A stretch of 64,000 bases of DNA from the human T2T-CHM13v2.0 reference genome, Homo sapiens. The stretch lies in NCBI RefSeq assembly GCF_009914755.1, contig NC_060930.1, one strand, 5' to 3'. The position numbers were made by a program, and so were the translations under genes. Under the pieces are notes generated by a model. The model did not search any database. It was given only the letters and a program-made list of their open reading frames with translations, and was not told the DNA's origin. Shown one piece after another: positions 59,320 to 64,000 of this stretch. Position 1 is the first letter of the stretch; each line of letters begins with the position of its first letter.

Positions 59320-60855
59320 GGCAAGACACAGCTAAATTTAGCTAGAATGGTTTCTGAATTGGTGTAGGCCAAGAGTTTGCTGACAAGATTGGGTAAAGCC
59401 TCTAGGTTTCTCAGATATAGGGGGATTTTGTACCTCCTTGCAGGCTTTTTCTTTCCAAACCCCACTGGCCACTTATCACCTGGATGTGTTCTGAGAAAGT
59501 CTCCTTCATGGAACTGGCCATGGGGAGAGAAAAAGCAGGCACATCGGCAGGGGCACAAAACTCCCCTCAAATCCCCTCCCCTGTCGCTCTTGTAAAACTA
59601 AATTCTTAATCTGTGGAAGAATGGCAACAAGCATTGTTGGGTTTAGGACAATGCTGAAATTTATTGCAGATAGGGAAAAAAAAAATAAAGCATTAACTCT
59701 CTACCTCTGTGGAAGGAGCAAGAAAAGTACAGAGCTCAGAACATTAGCCAGGGGGAAAAATATTAAGAAGGCCATAATCCTGAGATCCAAGAACATGGTG
59801 CATGCTCAAGACTAAGGCTGAATGAGAATAACAGAGAATGCCCACCAATGCCATCTAAGAAGATTTCAAGTAATGTTCAGTGCTATAACCAGACCCTCTC
59901 AGAGTCTCAGCAAAATAGAAAGACCTAAAGCTGAGGGTAGAATATACAATGGAAAAGAAAACAACCTTCTGGTAAATCAGCCCCTATCATTAACACAAGA
60001 AATTACAACAGGAACTTAAACCTGGGGTGCACTGAGAATAACCATAACAATATCAAACTGCAAACCCAATCTAACTCCTAGTAAATTAACTCAGCCCCTG
60101 TCTTAAATCCAAGTGAAGAAAAGGCATACCTGTTTTAAGGCATAAAATATATTTATTGCGATCTCTATTGCCCTACACAAATGCTTGGCTTTCTATAAAG
60201 CATTCATACATATTAAAGGACAAACAAAAGGACACACTCCTAAGAGACAAAGAAATCATCAGAAGCAGACTCATGTTTGAAATAGATGTTGGAATTGTCA
60301 GACAGGTAATTTGAAATAACTATTATTTATATGTTAAAGTCTCTAATGGGAACGAAGGGGCATGTAGAAAATCAATTGGGTAATTTCAGGAGAGGTATGA
60401 AAACTATAATAAAAAATCAAATAGAAATGATAGAAATAAAAAATACTCAGTAACAGACAGGAAAAAATATATTCAAGGGGCTTATTAGTAGACTAGCACA
60501 GCTGAGCAAGAATTAGTGAGCATGGAGACAGGTCAATAGAATTTGACTGCATTGAAAACAAAGGGAAAATAGAGTGAAAAAAGATTAGAACATCCCAAAC
60601 CAGTAGAATTCGTCTGGCTTAAGTGTAAATTTCATCTCAGAAGGAAAAGAAAGAAAAAAATATAGTTGAAGAAGTATTTGAATCAAACAATGACTTAAAA
60701 TATTCCCAAATTACTGACAGTGGTCTTAAGAAGCTCAGAGAGCACTTAACAGAGCAAATGACAATTAAGCAATCAACCAGTCAATCAGATGCATGGATAG
60801 ATTAAATCCATACCTAAGTTTATCACATCCAAACTGCTAAAAACCAAACACAGAG
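59320..60855 (+). mobile_element. Old L1M (MC/MD/ME) 5'UTR and ORF1 remnant
   Basis: gatgttggaattgtcagacagg...aataactatt...atgttaaag...gggtaatttcagg...aaatcaaatagaaatg...aagaagctcagagag...caaactgctaaaaaccaaa. Confidence 0.72.
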
Positions 60856-61796
60856 TATAAGATTACTATTAAATTCTTTTCTCTGTTCATTTTTTTTTGA
60901 TTTTTAAAATTATACTTTCCTTTAGATCTGAAGGAAGCATTAGTGTTAAATACTGTGAAGAAATTTAGCTATGGGTGTTTTTTCTTGAGAATAATTGTGC
61001 TAAATTTGAATTTTGGAATTGCTTGCCTAATTATTTTTAACAGAGTTCCAAATAGTAGACTCCATATTTAGTTTTGAATGATGTAACGGTGTAAGTGGTT
61101 AGATAGCAGTGCAATAGGGGCACATACACAACTTTAGGAAAAATTATTACTAGGCTAGACCAATAGACAATTCTAAACTTAATTTTGGCTTCCTAGATGA
61201 GAATGATTTCTAGATTTGCATGTCTCTTCTCTATTCCACAAAGTAAACAGAGGAAACAATCTAGTGAGGATAAATATTCATGTGTTGTAATGAGGCCCAG
61301 AACTATTTTCCACTTAGATTAGACCATATGTATCTAAACTAGATTTGGTGGGATTAATTAATAATAATTGCTCTTTCTTGCTACTTTTTAATAATGCATG
61401 TCAGATCCTCCTTAGAAGCTAACTAGTATTCAAAATTATTTATAAAATGTTAGAAATTCAAATATAATCTATATTTCTTTTTGGAAGCCTTTATTAAAAT
61501 GATCACATGAGAAAATTCTTAGGCTCTTGTTAACAAATAGGGAAGATTTCTATCTGATAAAAATTCCACTACTATAAATATCAGATACTTGAGCAATTAT
61601 TTCAGGTGTGTGTACTATAATCATTAACTAATAGAACATAAGTATTTGTCACATTGTTACTGATGGAGAAATTGTTCACTTTGTAAGAGAAGAGAATCTA
61701 AATTAAAGATGTATTTTATGCTTACACAGCAACAATTGCTTATGTTTTATTGGAATTTAAAATTCAAGTAAGCAAAAGGAAATCACTGATTATCTA

Positions 61797-62348
61797 CAGT
61801 CATGCATCTCTAAAGAACTAAAATTCATTCTGAGAAATACATTGCCTATGTGATACGTGGGAACATCATACAGTGTACTTACATAACCTAGATGGTATAG
61901 CCTACAACAAGCAGGGTGTTCAATCTTCTGGCTTCCATGGGCTACATTAGAAGAGAAGTTGGGCCACACGTAAAATACACTAACACGAACCATAGCTAAT
62001 GAGCAAAAAAAAAAAAAAAAAAAAAGGTTTGTACAGAAATCTGATAGTGTTTTAAGAAAGATTACGAATTTACGAATTTGTGTTGGGCTGTATTCAAAGC
62101 TGTCCTGGGCTACGTGAAGCACGGGCCATGGGTTTGACAAGCTTGAATTGCTTATAGGGTACAAACCTGTACAGCATGTTACTGTACTAAATACTATAGG
62201 CAATTTGAACACAATGATAAGTATTTGTATATATAGACATATCTCAACATAGACAAAGCAGTAAAAATATGGTATTACAATCTCGTGGGATCACTATCAT
62301 ACATGTGGTCCATTGTTAGCCAAAACTTCTTTATGGGCCTCATGACTA
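61797..62348 (+). mobile_element. Tigger3a with nested MER30
   Basis: TA-cagtcatgc...catgact; aacatcatacagtgtactta...acaaacctgtacagcatgttactgtact. Confidence 0.88.
61912..62145 (+). mobile_element. MER30 hAT-Charlie MITE
   Basis: cagggtgttcaatcttctggcttcc...aaaatacactaacac...internal poly-A...gggtttgacaagcttg. Confidence 0.9.
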
Positions 62349-62367
62349 ATTATATGAGGATTCTTTA

Positions 62368-62718
62368 AAAAGTCATACTGAGGAAAAAAGAGTAGAATGA
62401 GGATTATCAGAGTCTAGTGGAGAGGTGGTAGGGCAGGGAAAGGAGAGACCAAAGTGTAGAAAGTTTCAGTTAGGCAGGAGGAATCAGTTCTGGTGATCTA
62501 TTGCACAGCATGGTCACCATAGTTAATAATAATGTATCATATATTTTGCAAGAACCAAAAGAGGATTTTAACAGTTCTTACTACAAAGAAATGATAAGTA
62601 TATGAGATGATGTATATATTAGTTAATTTGACTTGATCATTCTATGATATCCATAAGCAAGAAAATATCACATCATACTTCACAATGTATACAACTATTA
62701 TTTCTCAACTAAAAATAA
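62368..62718 (+). mobile_element. L1MA (MA8/9-like) 3' end
   Basis: gtttcagttaggcaggaggaa...gatctattgcacagcatggtcaccatagttaataataatg...aaagaaatgataagta. Confidence 0.85.
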
Positions 62719-62721
62719 GTA

Positions 62722-63010
62722 GAGAAGCAGAGAAATGGCACTTTGAAAATAACTTGACTTGCCATTCATAGATTTGAAGATAAGAGAGTCAGGGAATACA
62801 GACATTCCCTAGAAGCTAAAAAAGTCAAGAAAATATGTTTTTCCTTGGAAACCCCAGAAAGAAATGCAGTTCTTCTAACACCTTGATTTTAGCCCAGTGA
62901 GAGTTGCATGTCTAAATTCTGATTTATAGATCTGTAAGATAATACTTGCGATTGCTTTAAGCTATCTAATTTGTGGTAATTTGTAACAGCAGTCATAGGA
63001 AACTAATACA
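62722..63010 (+). mobile_element. MLT1D-like LTR 3' part
   Basis: ctagaagct...ccagaaagaaatgcag...caccttgattttagcccagtgaga...tttgtggtaatttgtaacagcag...ggaaactaataca. Confidence 0.85.
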
Positions 63011-63013
63011 TCA

Positions 63014-63091
63014 GTCAATACCTACGAGTGGGATTGCTGGGTCATGTGATAAGTGTGTGTTTAATTTTATAAGAAAAACTGCCAAACTGTT
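63014..63091 (-). mobile_element. Short L1M ORF2-end fragment
   Basis: atacctacgagtgggattgctgggtcatg...aactgccaaactgtt (minus ..HDPAIPLVGI). Confidence 0.7.
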
Positions 63092-63193
63092 AAAAATGAA
63101 ATAAGTAATTCCTTTGTTATACAGGTGAAGAAACAGACTAAGAGAGAAAAGGTATATGGTCAGGTTGGTAGTCAACGAATAGTAATGGTAAGG

Positions 63194-63194
<1 letters not shown>

Positions 63195-63225
<31 letters not shown>
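63195..63225. repeat. (TG)15 microsatellite
   Basis: Direct reading. Confidence 0.95.
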
Positions 63226-63228
<3 letters not shown>

Positions 63229-64000
63229 ACAAAACTATAATAAAAAAACAAACAATTTTTGAAGTTTATAGTTTATTAAGTTTGTAGTTTGTTTCTGTGT
63301 CTTGGGAATGTGAATTAAACTTTCTGTTCTTTGTTTTATTTGTATTTAGAAGTAAAACATAGGGTATTAGTAATATAGTGATGGAAATAAAAGCAGAGTG
63401 TGAAGTAGAAACAAAACCTGTATATTTTTAGCCTGATACATTCATGTGATACTGAAACTTGAAATATGCTACACAGTAAACCAAAATAATGAGTTCAAGT
63501 TTTTATTTTACTTTCAATGAGTAAACTTAGTATATTATTTAACAATGAGGTCAGTTAAGCTGTTTGTCTTTAAACTGCATGTTTATGTAAATTAGATAAA
63601 CAGAAAAACAGATAGTAAATTTCATCATTATAAAGGGCAGAAATCAGAATCACTTTTTGAAATGTTTATCACAATGTTATAGTACATAGCACTAAATATC
63701 TTTTGAAATAAAAATCATAATCCAAGCCAATATATTTTCATATATGAATTTGAATACAAGTTGCCTTGGATTTAAGTTCCATTCTCATAAACATGATGGC
63801 AGCAGCATTGTTAGAATTCAGGCACCAATGATCCAATCATGTTATTTGCTCGACTCCACTCAGTTGCGATAAGTTGTGTTATCAGTGCCATTCTTGAGAC
63901 TCTGTTTTCCCTTTCAGTGTATCGTCTTGTAAAAATTGAGAGACTTCTATGGAAGATAAACATGACCGAGTACTGGAGCATTTTGTTTATGTTAGTTTAC

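Overview
AT-rich primate (human-like) genomic DNA from an intergenic or deep-intronic region. I found no supportable host protein-coding exon, RNA gene or CpG island. The window is a layered record of transposable elements: ancient MIR/L2, several L1M fragments, a near-complete L1MC (minus, ~14.1-20.0 kb), MaLR/ERVL/ERV1 solo LTRs, Tigger3 and MER30 DNA transposons, seven Alus plus a FLAM, and a ~6.1 kb TSD-flanked L1PB (50583-56681). The listed ORFs fall in repeats or look like chance ORFs. The most interesting object is the L1PB. Inside its TSDs it carries ~180 nt of apparently non-L1 5' leader, two 5'UTR junctions that look like splice joins, and a short 3' tag, which suggests a retrotransposed host-L1 chimeric spliced RNA. 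The window also has several templated or fold-back DNA-repair scars, including a perfect 51-bp dispersed duplicate and an inverted duplication seeded at a (TA)n tract. Subfamily names come from recalled consensus sequences and need RepeatMasker/Dfam confirmation. I see no evidence of a new multi-gene biological system.
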